64,000 nucleotides of DNA from Verrucomicrobiales bacterium (GTDB taxonomy: Bacteria; Verrucomicrobiota; Verrucomicrobiia; Verrucomicrobiales; V1-33). This document shows, one piece after another, positions 49,795-60,379 of this stretch. Where the stretch lies: positions 28,466 to 92,465 of the forward strand of contig JANOAV010000122.1 in NCBI GenBank assembly GCA_031411295.1. The letters are read 5' to 3'. A program made the position numbers and the translations under genes. Position 1 is the stretch's first letter. The number at the start of each line of letters is the position of its first letter. The notes beneath the pieces are model-generated. The model made no database searches and was not told where the DNA came from. It saw only the letters and a program-made list of their open reading frames with translations.

Positions 49795-52700
49795 CTACCG
49801 CGTGATCGGCTGCGGAATGCGCAGGTAGGCGAAGAAATCCCGGATCTCCTGATCGGACAATCCTTGCAGCAGCCCGTCCGGCATCAGGCTGGTGGGTAGG
49901 GCACGCATTTCGCGGATGTCCTTGCGGGCTAAACTAACATTCTGTCCGTCCAACCCGCGCAGCACGATGGCGGCATTGTCTTGATCTGCGAGAAATCCAC
50001 TCAGCGTGCGGCCATCAGTCGTGCTCACGACTTGCGCTGTGAAACCTTCGCGAATTTCTGCGCTGGGGTCCACGATGCTGGGCAGCACGGTGCCAAGGTC
50101 TTCGCGTTGATAGGCCGTGAGATCCGGGCCGATCTTGCCGCCCTTCTGAAACAAGGTGTGACAACCTGCGCAGCGTTGCAGGAAGAGCGTCTCGCCCTTG
50201 TAAGTATCCCCTGCGGAGGCGGCAATGATGCCGCGCAGACGCTCAATTTCCGCGCGTGCTTGCGGACGGGGCGCAGCGGCGGTGAGCAGTTGTTTGGCTA
50301 ACGTTGCAACTTTGGAATCCGCGTGATTGCGCAACAGTTCTGCGGTGGTCGGCGGCAGAGATCCGCGTGCCACGGTGCCGGCTTCGATCAATTTCAGCAG
50401 AGCCAAACTCCATGCCGGACGACTGGTTAGCAGCGTCTGAGCAGCGGCTTGCACGTCAGGAGGAAGCTTGGCGTAGTGTTGAGAAACCTCGCTGCCGATC
50501 CGTTCGTCCTCATAGCTCAATAGTGCCGTGAGGGCTTCCTTTCGCAGCTCTGGCGGCTGATTTCCTGCCGCTAGCTGAAGCAACGGAGTCACTGCTTCGG
50601 GGAATTTTACGTCACCAAACAGGCGCACGCAGAGCAGGCGTTCATCGAGTTTAGCGGCATTGTCAGCCAACGATTTCAAAGCCGCCGCTACCGCTTCCGG
50701 TTCCCGCAAGCGCAACCGCAAATGGCCGGAAGCCAGCCCGCCGCGCGTCAGGGCTTCCACCAGCGGTTCTGGCAAGGGCGGCAGCGCGCGACCTTTGAAC
50801 GCTTCCTCGAATCCGTTCATCAGCAATTTCCGATGCTCTGCCGAGGGTGCCAACTCCAGTAACTTGGCACACGTCAGTAAGTCCGCCCGAGCCTCCGTGG
50901 CTGCAAAACGTCGCATCAGTCGCGTCAGAATTTGTTCCTGCACCAACTTGCTTTCCCACGTTAGTGTTGCCAGCACTGCCTCCCGATCCTTGGCGCAATG
51001 GGATTCCAGGACCCACCAGCATAGTAATGGAATGCAGGGATCTGCCACATCGGTGTCCCGCTTGAATAAAGCTGCAATCATCGGCAACCCTTGCGCGGCC
51101 GACAACCGATGTGCCGTGCACGCAAGCTGCGCCCGCACTTCTGCGTCGGGATCACTGGCCGCTAGTTGCACCACTGCAGTAGCGAAATTTCCCGGCAACT
51201 GTTGGGCGTCGCCCAGCAAACGAATCGCCCACAAACGAACGCTCGGTTGCGGATGCTGCAAGGCGCTTAGCGCGATGGTTTCATCCAGCGCCCCCATCTG
51301 ATGCAAGGCCCACAGCGCTTCCAGGGTAGGATGCGTTTCGGCCTTAGCCAGAGCGGATTTCAGCGCTTCGACAACCGATGACTCCCGACGTTCTCCCAAC
51401 AACCGAACTGCCGTTTGCCGATGCCAGCGATTCGGATGCGCCAACAATCCCACCAACTCCGCGCTCGATTTCACGGCCAGATTCACATCCTTGTTGAGCG
51501 GCGTATCCTTCCCCCGCAGCCGATAAATCCGGCCCGTGCTGGGATCCAACTGGCCTTGATAATTCTGCCCATGCGCGATGAATTCCTCGTAGAAATCTGC
51601 CACATAGATTCCACCATCCGGGGCATTGGTGATGTAAACCGGACGGCTTGAAATATCGGCTGAAGCCATCGCCACGCCCGAATCCTTGGTTTCAAAGGTG
51701 GAGCCGCGCGCCATCCGCTCCGCCACGATCACATTCCGATGCAGCGGATCTGCACCTAACATGCGCCCAGCATAGCGCGCTGGCATGGCGCTGCCATCCG
51801 CCATGATGGTGGCGTGGGTGAATCGGGCGATGGGATTCTGGCTTTTCATGGCGTCCAAATAGCCGAAGGAGAAGGGATTCGACTGCGCGCCAAATTTTCC
51901 CGGATCCAGCCCCTGTTTCAGCATCAAGGCGTCCTGCATGAAGTGGAAACCGTGCGTATCGCCACCATTGTGTCCTGACAACAGCCGACCTTCGGCATCG
52001 AAGTCTAACTCAAAAGTATTCCCACCACCTTGGGCGAAAATTTCGTAAATCTTCTTGTCAGGATGATAACGCCAGATCATGCAGCTCTCATGGTAAACGC
52101 CGGGAAAGTCTGGCGGATCAATGCCTGGACGCACCACGCGACTCGTCGTCGTGCTGCCCTGACCGCCGTAAATCCAACCGTCCGGTCCCCACGCCAAACC
52201 ATTAGCCACCGAATGCGTGTCCTCCAGTCCGAACCCCGCCAGCCGCACCTCGGGTTCGCCTAACGTGTCCCCATCCTTGGCTGGATAGAACAGCAAATAC
52301 AGCGTGTGCATCACCCAGAGTCCGCCATGGCCACGCAGCGCAGAATTAGCCATGTTCAAGCCTTCCAGCACCTTCGTGTGCTTGTCATACTTGCCATCGC
52401 CATCCGTGTCTTCATGCACGGAAATGATGTCCTTGCCGGGATCGTGATGCGGCGGGGCCGGGGGCACGCGATCGAATCGGGAGCGATAGTATTTGTCCCG
52501 ACTGATCATCTTCACGCCCGCCGGATAAGGATACTGGCGGTATTGCGCCACCCACATGCGGCCCCGATCATCGAAACTAACATGCGTGGGCTGCGTCACT
52601 TCCGGCTCACTAACCATGAGTTCCACGATGAGATCCTCCGCCGGAGTCATCTTCGCGAGCGATTCCGCAGGCGGAAGCTTCACGCCCGGCATGGTTTCCT

Positions 52701-53232
52701 GATTTGCGGAGAGCGGTGTCGTGGAGGGCTTGAACGCCGTTTCCAGATAAACGGCGGTTTGCGGAGCCGTCGGCACCGGCTTGAAATCCGCCGGAGGCAC
52801 CTCGCCCGAACGCTGTTCCCAAGCGCCAGCAAAGAGCAATTCATCAAAGTATCCAGCGAGAATCGGCGGCAGCCCGATGCCACGCGCAGCGCCCTCCAGA
52901 TGAATCGCGAGAGTGTTATAAACTTTCTTCTCCAGAATGCCCTTAGGCACCTTGAACCGCCGACGCTCGGTGGCTGGCTGGCTGGCGGCCTCGGCTATCT
53001 TTTGCCCGTTGATCCAAATGGAGAACGGCCCGGGAATATCCCCCACGCTCAGCGTAATGGAATCACTCCACAAATCTTTCTCCGCCCGGGAAGTCATCGC
53101 ATCCGGCACGGTGAAATAGGTTCGCAGCCAGATGGGCGTGGCCAGGGCAGATTGAGAAGGCACCTTGGTGGCGGCCCATTCCTCCGCGGTGGCGAAACTG
53201 GAAAGACAGAGGAGCAGAAGGAGTGATTTCAT
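49795..53232 (-). CDS. PVC-type haem-binding CxxCH protein (beta-propeller + HEAT-like repeats + cytochrome c)
   Basis: FDDRGRMWV.QY.QYP, EDTDGDG, WGPDGWIYG, helical repeats, CAGCH..GGKIGPDLT, SLMPDGL. Confidence 0.85.
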   Translation of the reverse strand: MKSLLLLLCLSSFATAEEWAATKVPSQSALATPIWLRTYFTVPDAMTSRAEKDLWSDSITLSVGDIPGPFSIWINGQKIAEAASQPATERRRFKVPKGILEKKVYNTLAIHLEGAARGIGLPPILAGYFDELLFAGAWEQRSGEVPPADFKPVPTAPQTAVYLETAFKPSTTPLSANQETMPGVKLPPAESLAKMTPAEDLIVELMVSEPEVTQPTHVSFDDRGRMWVAQYRQYPYPAGVKMISRDKYYRSRFDRVPPAPPHHDPGKDIISVHEDTDGDGKYDKHTKVLEGLNMANSALRGHGGLWVMHTLYLLFYPAKDGDTLGEPEVRLAGFGLEDTHSVANGLAWGPDGWIYGGQGSTTTSRVVRPGIDPPDFPGVYHESCMIWRYHPDKKIYEIFAQGGGNTFELDFDAEGRLLSGHNGGDTHGFHFMQDALMLKQGLDPGKFGAQSNPFSFGYLDAMKSQNPIARFTHATIMADGSAMPARYAGRMLGADPLHRNVIVAERMARGSTFETKDSGVAMASADISSRPVYITNAPDGGIYVADFYEEFIAHGQNYQGQLDPSTGRIYRLRGKDTPLNKDVNLAVKSSAELVGLLAHPNRWHRQTAVRLLGERRESSVVEALKSALAKAETHPTLEALWALHQMGALDETIALSALQHPQPSVRLWAIRLLGDAQQLPGNFATAVVQLAASDPDAEVRAQLACTAHRLSAAQGLPMIAALFKRDTDVADPCIPLLCWWVLESHCAKDREAVLATLTWESKLVQEQILTRLMRRFAATEARADLLTCAKLLELAPSAEHRKLLMNGFEEAFKGRALPPLPEPLVEALTRGGLASGHLRLRLREPEAVAAALKSLADNAAKLDERLLCVRLFGDVKFPEAVTPLLQLAAGNQPPELRKEALTALLSYEDERIGSEVSQHYAKLPPDVQAAAQTLLTSRPAWSLALLKLIEAGTVARGSLPPTTAELLRNHADSKVATLAKQLLTAAAPRPQARAEIERLRGIIAASAGDTYKGETLFLQRCAGCHTLFQKGGKIGPDLTAYQREDLGTVLPSIVDPSAEIREGFTAQVVSTTDGRTLSGFLADQDNAAIVLRGLDGQNVSLARKDIREMRALPTSLMPDGLLQGLSDQEIRDFFAYLRIPQPITR

Positions 53233-53350
53233 AGGCGCGGAATTTCCGCCAATAAACGGAAAGCTGCCCGCCGGGTCAATCCACTGACTGCGTAGCCTAC
53301 GGGCGGACGTAGATCACGTGTGGGATCCGTCCGGCGCGCTGCTGCCACCC

Positions 53351-56300
53351 TCACGCAATGGCCACAACTGTCCCCTTGGTAAGGAAGACCAGTTCGGCCG
53401 ATACCGCCCATTCCGTGAGGCCCAGGAGTTTGGCCAGGGCGGTGCGATATTGCTGAACTTGCGGGGTGTAGCGTTTGACTAACGCGGCTTGGTCCGCTGA
53501 ACTGCGCACGTGGTCGGTTTTAAATTCCCACAATCTGGCTCCGGTCACGGCCCCGCTGGCGTCAGCTAGGATGACCGCACGATCAATCGTTCCACTGAGG
53601 GTTTCCCCATCGTGGACCAAGGCGAAGGCGCGTTCCCGCCACAGCTCCGCAGGCTCCACTGGGCGGGTGAAGCAAGCGATTACCTCCGGTAATTTTAAAC
53701 TGATGCTCAATTGTCGCACCGCAGCGGCACGATGTTCGGGCGGTAAGCTCCGAGCCCACTCATTGAGGCCTGAGGTGGTCACTTCATCAGACCAAGTCAC
53801 TTGAGCCGCCAAGGCATGCACGGCGGTGCCCACGTTCATCGCATAGTGACGATCCCGGGAAAATAAGTTCTGAATGGGCAAGTCCGAAGGGCGACGTCTC
53901 GGGAGCCGGACCTTGCGCAACTTAATCGGGGGAGGTTCTACGTTCGCCAACACTGGTAATGATTCCGGTCGCAAGGGTATGTTCAGATACCAATCATCCA
54001 CACTTCCCGGAGCCTGCCAGTAACGCTGGGCGGCAACGTTCTCCCATTGCACCAAGGTCTCGTCACCTTCCGGCAGCATGTGCAGGATGAGGGTGGCCAG
54101 ATTCATGGCGGTTGAAGTTTTCGGTGGCTGCGGAAGCACCACATGGGTGGCGCGCTTCGCTCTAGTTAGGGCCACATAGAGCAGACAAATATTTTGCCGC
54201 CACCGCCAGCGATCCGCCCGCAGATACATTTCTGCAATCGTTGGATTTAGCGTTGCCAGGGCCTTGATCGGCAGCTTCGTAATCCATTGCAGGTGGCGCT
54301 CGTCATCGTAGGAAAGTCCATACGTGTCGTCCTTCCCGCGGGAATCCAATCCGGTAAAATAAACCACGTCCCACTCCAGGCCCTTCGCCTTGAAAATGGT
54401 CATCACTTGGATCGATTGCGGGAGCGAGGCTTGTCGCATGGTATGCTCTTCGGCCAACTGGATGAAGGCATCGAGATCTCGTTGTCCCGCCTGATCAAAG
54501 GTGGCTGCGATGCTGGCCAAGTCCGCCAAGCGTTCGCGCGAAAATGCTGGCAGGCCAGGAAACTCCGCGCGCAAAGCCGCCGACCAATCCCGCACCACCG
54601 CCGCCAGTCCTTCCAGCACCGCTTGCTGCCGCACTTTACTCGCTGCGATGGGGATGGCTCCAACCGCCTCACATTTGCAGCGCACCGCCGCCACCTCCCG
54701 CCAGGGCGACATTTCCAAATGTTGTCGTGCAAAGGTATTTCCTGGGTGAGCGGCCAGGCGCAGCAGTTCCAGCAAACCTGAAGTAGCGGTGTCACCATTG
54801 ACCACCTCCGTCTCGGTCTCGCAGGACACCTTCATTTTCGTGAGACCGCGCAACGCCTCCGCTACTTCCCGGGCCTGCGCGTTTGTAAGCACCAACACCG
54901 CGCAGGACAGCCCGCGCGCCAGCGGTTGCTCCGCGCAGATCTTGGCTGCCATGACTTCGTAGCACCGTTGCGCCTTCGCCTCGGCAGTCGCCTTCTCACC
55001 GTTTTCCAGCTTGGCGATGAGCACGTCAGCATTGCCGGATAAATGAGTATTCTTGGCGGCCGCCTCGTGATGCTCGAATTCCCATCCCCGCTCCAAGGTC
55101 CCTGCGGGGAGCCAGTGATCCAACGCTGCCTGATCCCCCAGCACGGCGTTAGCCATGCCCAGCACCGCAGGAGCACAGCGCCAACTGACAGCCTTCGCCA
55201 GGGTGGCGATGCGCTCCGGCAGATCCGCCGTATCGTCATTGTAGCGCTCGCGAATCCGTCGCATCAAGTCGGGGTCCGAGCCCCGCCACATGTGAATCGC
55301 CTGCTTCACATCTCCCACGGCAAAGAACGTGCGCAACCCGGTGTCATCCTGTAACACTTCATCCAGCAGGGGTTCCAGAATGCGCCATTGGCGGGCATTG
55401 GTATCTTGAAATTCATCGAGCAACCAGTGATCAAACTGCGCATCCAAACGGAATGCCAGCAACTCCCGTTGCGAAGCCAAGCCCTGCGGATCCTCCGCGT
55501 GGATCTCCGCCAACTCGCCCGTAAGCAGTTGCTGCACATCGCCAAACGTTAGCTGCCCCTGTTGCCGCACCATCGTTTCGTAATACTGATCATACCGATG
55601 CAGGATGCGCCAGACGCCCTGCATTTGCTGGCAGCCGGCGGCAAAATCCGCCGCCACCTGGGCATCCAATACCTCCAACAAATGCTGACACCCCAGCGCA
55701 TCAATCGCCACGCGCTTCCCGGCTAGGGCCATGCTTGCCCCTCCTTGTTGCAGGTCGGCATAGGCCTCCGCCAATTTCTTCACAATTGGCTTCACTGCGT
55801 CATCCAACGTTTGCAGTGGACCATGCTCTAACATGGCATGCAGATAAATCCGCAGCACCTCAGCCTGGGCATTGGAAAGCCCGTGCTTCCCAGTCTCAAG
55901 CCAATCCAGAGCGGACTGAGCAGCTTCTGGCAGGCGCATCGCAGGAACGCGCGGGGCACCACCCTGCGGCCAAATTTGCTTTGGTTGGCCCCACGCCGCT
56001 GCCTGTCGGGCCTCGTTGTAATAGCCCCGACAATCTTTGAGGAATTTATTCAGATTCCGCACCAACCCCGCTTCTTCTCGCCCGTGCGTAGCCTGTTGGA
56101 AGGCTTGGATGAACTCCTGTTGATCTGCTTGGGAACTGCCTTTCGGTTGGAAAATGCGGTGAAAAATCCGCTGCTGCGCTGCCAGCTCGGAAGGATTATC
56201 CAGAATCCCAAACTCGCCACTCAGACCCAGCTCCAGAGGAAATGAGCGCGCCATCCGAATAAAAAAGCGATCCATCGTTCCCAGCGTCAACCGATGCAGC

Positions 56301-56665
56301 CGTCGCACCATTTGCACCAACAGAAACTGGGACCGTTGCTGGGTTAACGTTTCCCGCTCCGCCGCCGCAGTGTCCTCCAGCCCCAAATGCCGCCGATGCA
56401 CCCGCTCCTGCTCCTGCACAGAGGATTCCAAGGCAGCAGCACTTTCCACACTGCTAGCAGCCTCAGCCAAGCGACGTAGAATACGATTAAAAAATTCCCC
56501 CGCTGATTTCCGGGAGAATGTTAGCGCGATGATTTTCTCTGGAGCCACGCCCGCCGCCATTAGTGTGAGGAAGCGCGTCGTTAGATCATGCGTTTTCCCG
56601 GATCCAGCCGAAGCCAGAATCATCTGATGACCAAGAGGAAAATCCAAAGAGGGAGCCGCACGCAT
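53351..56665 (-). CDS. UvrD-family helicase with C-terminal nuclease (AddA/RecB-like)
   Basis: ASAGSGKT, LTFSRKSAGE, LLDEFQDT, VGDVKQAI, MTIFKAKGLE, LYVALTRA; C-terminal GTIDR...EFKT...Q.QQY. Confidence 0.88.
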   Translation of the reverse strand: MRAAPSLDFPLGHQMILASAGSGKTHDLTTRFLTLMAAGVAPEKIIALTFSRKSAGEFFNRILRRLAEAASSVESAAALESSVQEQERVHRRHLGLEDTAAAERETLTQQRSQFLLVQMVRRLHRLTLGTMDRFFIRMARSFPLELGLSGEFGILDNPSELAAQQRIFHRIFQPKGSSQADQQEFIQAFQQATHGREEAGLVRNLNKFLKDCRGYYNEARQAAAWGQPKQIWPQGGAPRVPAMRLPEAAQSALDWLETGKHGLSNAQAEVLRIYLHAMLEHGPLQTLDDAVKPIVKKLAEAYADLQQGGASMALAGKRVAIDALGCQHLLEVLDAQVAADFAAGCQQMQGVWRILHRYDQYYETMVRQQGQLTFGDVQQLLTGELAEIHAEDPQGLASQRELLAFRLDAQFDHWLLDEFQDTNARQWRILEPLLDEVLQDDTGLRTFFAVGDVKQAIHMWRGSDPDLMRRIRERYNDDTADLPERIATLAKAVSWRCAPAVLGMANAVLGDQAALDHWLPAGTLERGWEFEHHEAAAKNTHLSGNADVLIAKLENGEKATAEAKAQRCYEVMAAKICAEQPLARGLSCAVLVLTNAQAREVAEALRGLTKMKVSCETETEVVNGDTATSGLLELLRLAAHPGNTFARQHLEMSPWREVAAVRCKCEAVGAIPIAASKVRQQAVLEGLAAVVRDWSAALRAEFPGLPAFSRERLADLASIAATFDQAGQRDLDAFIQLAEEHTMRQASLPQSIQVMTIFKAKGLEWDVVYFTGLDSRGKDDTYGLSYDDERHLQWITKLPIKALATLNPTIAEMYLRADRWRWRQNICLLYVALTRAKRATHVVLPQPPKTSTAMNLATLILHMLPEGDETLVQWENVAAQRYWQAPGSVDDWYLNIPLRPESLPVLANVEPPPIKLRKVRLPRRRPSDLPIQNLFSRDRHYAMNVGTAVHALAAQVTWSDEVTTSGLNEWARSLPPEHRAAAVRQLSISLKLPEVIACFTRPVEPAELWRERAFALVHDGETLSGTIDRAVILADASGAVTGARLWEFKTDHVRSSADQAALVKRYTPQVQQYRTALAKLLGLTEWAVSAELVFLTKGTVVAIA

Positions 56666-56803
56666 CCGTCACCCTGACGCGAACTTCAGGTGGAAGCAAC
56701 CCGAACCTGCTGCGGGTGGTCAACAGGAAAACCGCTGGTCCAGAGAGGCCGCCCGGCAAAAGTGATGATAGACAAGATGGCCCACTTCTGTTATCCAAGA
56801 GCG

Positions 56804-58780
56804 ATGAGATTGCTGCCTTTATTGTTGGTCCTGCTCGCGTTTCGTGCGTCGAGTTTACGCGCTCAGATCCCCAGTGCTGTTGCAACCGAGGTGGCATCGG
56901 CGGACCCTTTGGCGTGGAGTATTCGGGATTATTATGACCCGAAACCTGATGGGGAATCCACGGCCAACGGCCAACTAGTGGCCCCTCCCGTGCCTCCGGA
57001 GGGAGCCACGGAGGAGGAAATCATAGCATTTCTCGCCCGCAGCAATGAAGTGGTGCTACAGAAATTTCGCCAACTGCCCAAAGGCTCACACGTAGTCTAT
57101 GATCCAACCTCGAAAACGCTAGTCGTGCGAACGCTCAACGCCTTCCATGATGAATTTGCTGCTTCAGCTCGTTTTGCGTCGTTAAATCGGGTGCTGCGAT
57201 TTCATTTGAGGATCATTGAAGCAGACGCCCCATTGCTGCGGCAAGGCGTGGCGGAAGCAGTTACCTTAGCTGATCATGCAGCGATCCTATCGAATTTATT
57301 GGCCAAAATTCCGACCGGAGAGTCTCGTGTTCTGGAACAAGCCATTCTGGAGACGAAGAGTGGGCAACGAGCTTCCACGCAATGCGGCAGTGACCGAAGT
57401 CATCTCTCTGAACTCCGGGTGGATAAGACTGGGCAGACGACCGTTACCGAAGCGACCCGCACTGCCGGTTTGAATTTTGTAGTCGATCCGGTTTTGCATG
57501 AGGATGCGGAAACCCTGAGTGTGACGACTAACTATGAATATCACTGGTCTCCGCCGACAGACCGCATTGCGCCGATCCCGAGGAGTAACCTTAAAGCAGG
57601 CTCCGTTATGCTCACCGATTTCCACGTTGCTGCGGCAACGATTTCCTTGCAAATGCTAAGCGGTTCCACCGTGCTCCTCGGCGTCTGGGCACCGCAGGAA
57701 GAGGCGAAACCACCGCACCCGCAACAGCTCCAGGCGGCCTTTTTAACCGCGGATGTCCTCACTTATCCCTCGAAACCCAATCCCTTGCTGGCCGAGTGGC
57801 TGATGAAATATGGGGAGCGTCTGTTGCCAACGCCCTCTGGAGAAGCCCCCCCTCCGCCAGGGACGATCCGTCGCTCGTTCCTTATTCCGAGTCCTTTTTT
57901 CGGATCCATCCCTACCTCTGAAGCGCCATCACCAGATCAGCCCTTCAACGATCCCTTTGGCGATGGTTCGCCCTTGAAATCCCCGCTAGAAATATTGCAA
58001 GGATTGGGAGTTATTTTCCCCAAGGGTTCGAGCACCCAGATTCTCAGTAGCAGGCCCAACTTCATCATTTTGGTGAGCACGACCCCGACGGTTATGAAGC
58101 AAGTTTCCAGAGTCATCCACGAATCCATCTTTGGCCCAGGAAATATGGGGCTGACATTCAGCTTGGACATCGTGCAGGCGGAGCGTGCGTTCTTGGAAGA
58201 ACTCGCGTCGGTCGGTCACTCCAAATATGATCAAACGACCCAATGGAAATTGCTGAATGAAGCGGTCCAGCAACAACGGGCCACGATTGAGCAAACATTG
58301 TTCCTGCGCACCATCTCAGGTCAACGCGTCAAGCTTGCGGCAGGAACTGAATTTGCCAATCTGAAGGAAATCGAAACTCAGAAACCTCCTGACGATAACT
58401 CAACAGTTCCTGCTTCGGACCCCGCCGAGCCCCTGAAGCTGAAGGCAACGCTGAGGAATGTGGGCGTGGCGCTTGAGTTGGATCCATCCATCGATGAAGA
58501 TAAGCAGAATGTTCATCTGTCATTGCAACTTGATTACGATTTCGCACCACCAACTATTCGGCCACGCTCCAGTAACACACCTAAGGAGCGGGCGCTACTT
58601 GCCGGCAATCTGGAGTTGCACCGTTTCTCGATCAACACCGCAACAATCCTTGCTGATGGAGCAGTCCGCATGGTTGGTCTTTGGAAGCCCTCGGGGAAAT
58701 CATCAGTGGAGGGCAAGGATCTGCTGCAAGCTGCCTTTCTGCAGGTTAAGATCAATCGATTAGACACACCGGAACCTTGA
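56804..58780 (+). CDS. Secreted protein with two tandem secretin-core-like units
   Basis: Signal peptide; VYDPTSKTLVVR (N3-like); duplicated SGQR / G..(F/L)..DP / G.W.P / LQAAFL motifs. Confidence 0.55.
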   Translation: MRLLPLLLVLLAFRASSLRAQIPSAVATEVASADPLAWSIRDYYDPKPDGESTANGQLVAPPVPPEGATEEEIIAFLARSNEVVLQKFRQLPKGSHVVYDPTSKTLVVRTLNAFHDEFAASARFASLNRVLRFHLRIIEADAPLLRQGVAEAVTLADHAAILSNLLAKIPTGESRVLEQAILETKSGQRASTQCGSDRSHLSELRVDKTGQTTVTEATRTAGLNFVVDPVLHEDAETLSVTTNYEYHWSPPTDRIAPIPRSNLKAGSVMLTDFHVAAATISLQMLSGSTVLLGVWAPQEEAKPPHPQQLQAAFLTADVLTYPSKPNPLLAEWLMKYGERLLPTPSGEAPPPPGTIRRSFLIPSPFFGSIPTSEAPSPDQPFNDPFGDGSPLKSPLEILQGLGVIFPKGSSTQILSSRPNFIILVSTTPTVMKQVSRVIHESIFGPGNMGLTFSLDIVQAERAFLEELASVGHSKYDQTTQWKLLNEAVQQQRATIEQTLFLRTISGQRVKLAAGTEFANLKEIETQKPPDDNSTVPASDPAEPLKLKATLRNVGVALELDPSIDEDKQNVHLSLQLDYDFAPPTIRPRSSNTPKERALLAGNLELHRFSINTATILADGAVRMVGLWKPSGKSSVEGKDLLQAAFLQVKINRLDTPEP

Positions 58781-58820
58781 GTCGCCACAGTAACGGCCAA
58801 GCCTACTTTCGACGCGTGCT

Positions 58821-60209
58821 TTATTTCTCCCGCAGGCAGTAAACTGATTTCTCCCCACGCAAGATGAGCGATTTTCCTGCTAAGGCGATGGAGGCGCTGA
58901 AGCTGTCCGCGAGGTGATTGCTGGCCAGGGTTCGCACCGTAGCATCGTTGGTGATCACCAGCGTATCCCCCGAGCGATCCGTGATATAGATGCGGCCGGC
59001 GGCCCCGACTGGGGAGGCGAAGACGTCAGTGATACCTTCCAAGCGCACGGGACCTGCGAAGCGTTCTCCAGTGGCGGCAATGCGTGCGGAGCACAGGCCT
59101 TGATAGTGTCCCAGGAAGAATACTTTCTCGTCGTAGAGCAGCGGTGAGGGCACATAGGGCGTGCGTTGATTGGTGGACCACAGGACGTTGGGTTTGGCCG
59201 TAATGTCGCCTTCCGCACCCTCCAGTTTAATCGCCAACATGGCCTTCAAATCATAGCTGCAGCCGCAGCAAACGATGCCATCCGCTGCCACGGGGGAGGC
59301 AATGACGTTACGCGACATGCCGCGGCATTCCCACAGCACTTTGCCACTGGCAAGATCGTAGCCGCGGATCCGCGTCGTGCCGGGGACGACCACTTGCGGT
59401 GGACTCGTGGGGGTGGCTTTCGTCACGATGGGTGTCGCCCAAGTCGTAATTTCATCCCGGGCCGCGCTCCAGCGTTCTGCTCCCGTCAGCGCCTCCAGGG
59501 CGAACACGCGGGATCCCGTTTCCTGATCCCAGGGCACGATCAACGTGCCTTCATACAACGCAGGCGAAGCACCTTCGCCATGGGCATGGTGGGTGGTTAG
59601 TTTCCCCAAGTCCTTCTGCCAGACAATCTTTCCATCCTGGCAGGACAAGCAATACAAGCCACGCGAACCGAAGAAGGCCCAGACGTGCACGCCATCAGTG
59701 ACGGGTGAGTTTGAGGCCAGACTGCCCGTTTGATGGCCGCCTTCATGCGGGAAAGTTTTTGCCACCACCGTGCGCCAGAGGGTTTTCCCGGTCGCCAAAT
59801 CAAGGGCCGTAACGAAGAATTCGTGAGTGCGATCGACCCCCACATTGTCATGCGAGCCCGGGGCGTTATCGAACACCGGAGCCACAGGCGCACCCACGGG
59901 AACTTCGGCTATGAGAAAGATGCGACCACCGGCAATGACCGGAGAGCTGTGTCCGCTGCCCGGGGCTGGCACTTTCCAGGCAATATTCTTGGTCTCGCTC
60001 CACTCAACCGGAGGCTGCGCGTCAACCGAGACTCCGGTGGCGGAAGGCCCCCGCCAATTCGGCCAGGGGAGATCCACCGCAACACTTTGGAAAGTGGATA
60101 AACCCAGGCAGATGATGGCAACCAGCCAGCATCTCTGAGAGCCGAGACGCCCACCGCTAGCACGTTGGCTTGGGAAGTTGCTGAGGACGGCGGGATTCAT
60201 CGGTTTCAT
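58821..60209 (-). CDS. PQQ-binding-like beta-propeller protein
   Basis: WPNWRGP, GHSSPVI, ALDLATGKTLW, YVPSPLLY, FASPV; start uncertain. Confidence 0.85.
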   Translation of the reverse strand: MKPMNPAVLSNFPSQRASGGRLGSQRCWLVAIICLGLSTFQSVAVDLPWPNWRGPSATGVSVDAQPPVEWSETKNIAWKVPAPGSGHSSPVIAGGRIFLIAEVPVGAPVAPVFDNAPGSHDNVGVDRTHEFFVTALDLATGKTLWRTVVAKTFPHEGGHQTGSLASNSPVTDGVHVWAFFGSRGLYCLSCQDGKIVWQKDLGKLTTHHAHGEGASPALYEGTLIVPWDQETGSRVFALEALTGAERWSAARDEITTWATPIVTKATPTSPPQVVVPGTTRIRGYDLASGKVLWECRGMSRNVIASPVAADGIVCCGCSYDLKAMLAIKLEGAEGDITAKPNVLWSTNQRTPYVPSPLLYDEKVFFLGHYQGLCSARIAATGERFAGPVRLEGITDVFASPVGAAGRIYITDRSGDTLVITNDATVRTLASNHLADSFSASIALAGKSLILRGEKSVYCLREK

Positions 60210-60282
60210 TTCTGTGAGGATACCGATGGTCCACTACTTTGCCAAGACTTTTCGCCCGCACCCGTGGCCGGAGGTCCAGTCC

Positions 60283-60379
60283 CAAGGAGCGGGGCTTTGA
60301 AAGCCACGCCATCATGATGGAAGTTAATTTGCCCCATAGAATACCCAGGCCTGTGTATGGGGCTTTCAAAGCCCCACTC
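60283..60379. repeat. REP-like inverted pair whose right arm is interrupted by the intron
   Basis: Left arm CAAGGAGCGGGGCTTTGAAAGCCAC (60283-60307); right arm GGGGCTTTCAAAGCCCCACTC (60359-60379) + CTTG (62262-62265); 23/25 complementary. Confidence 0.8.
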
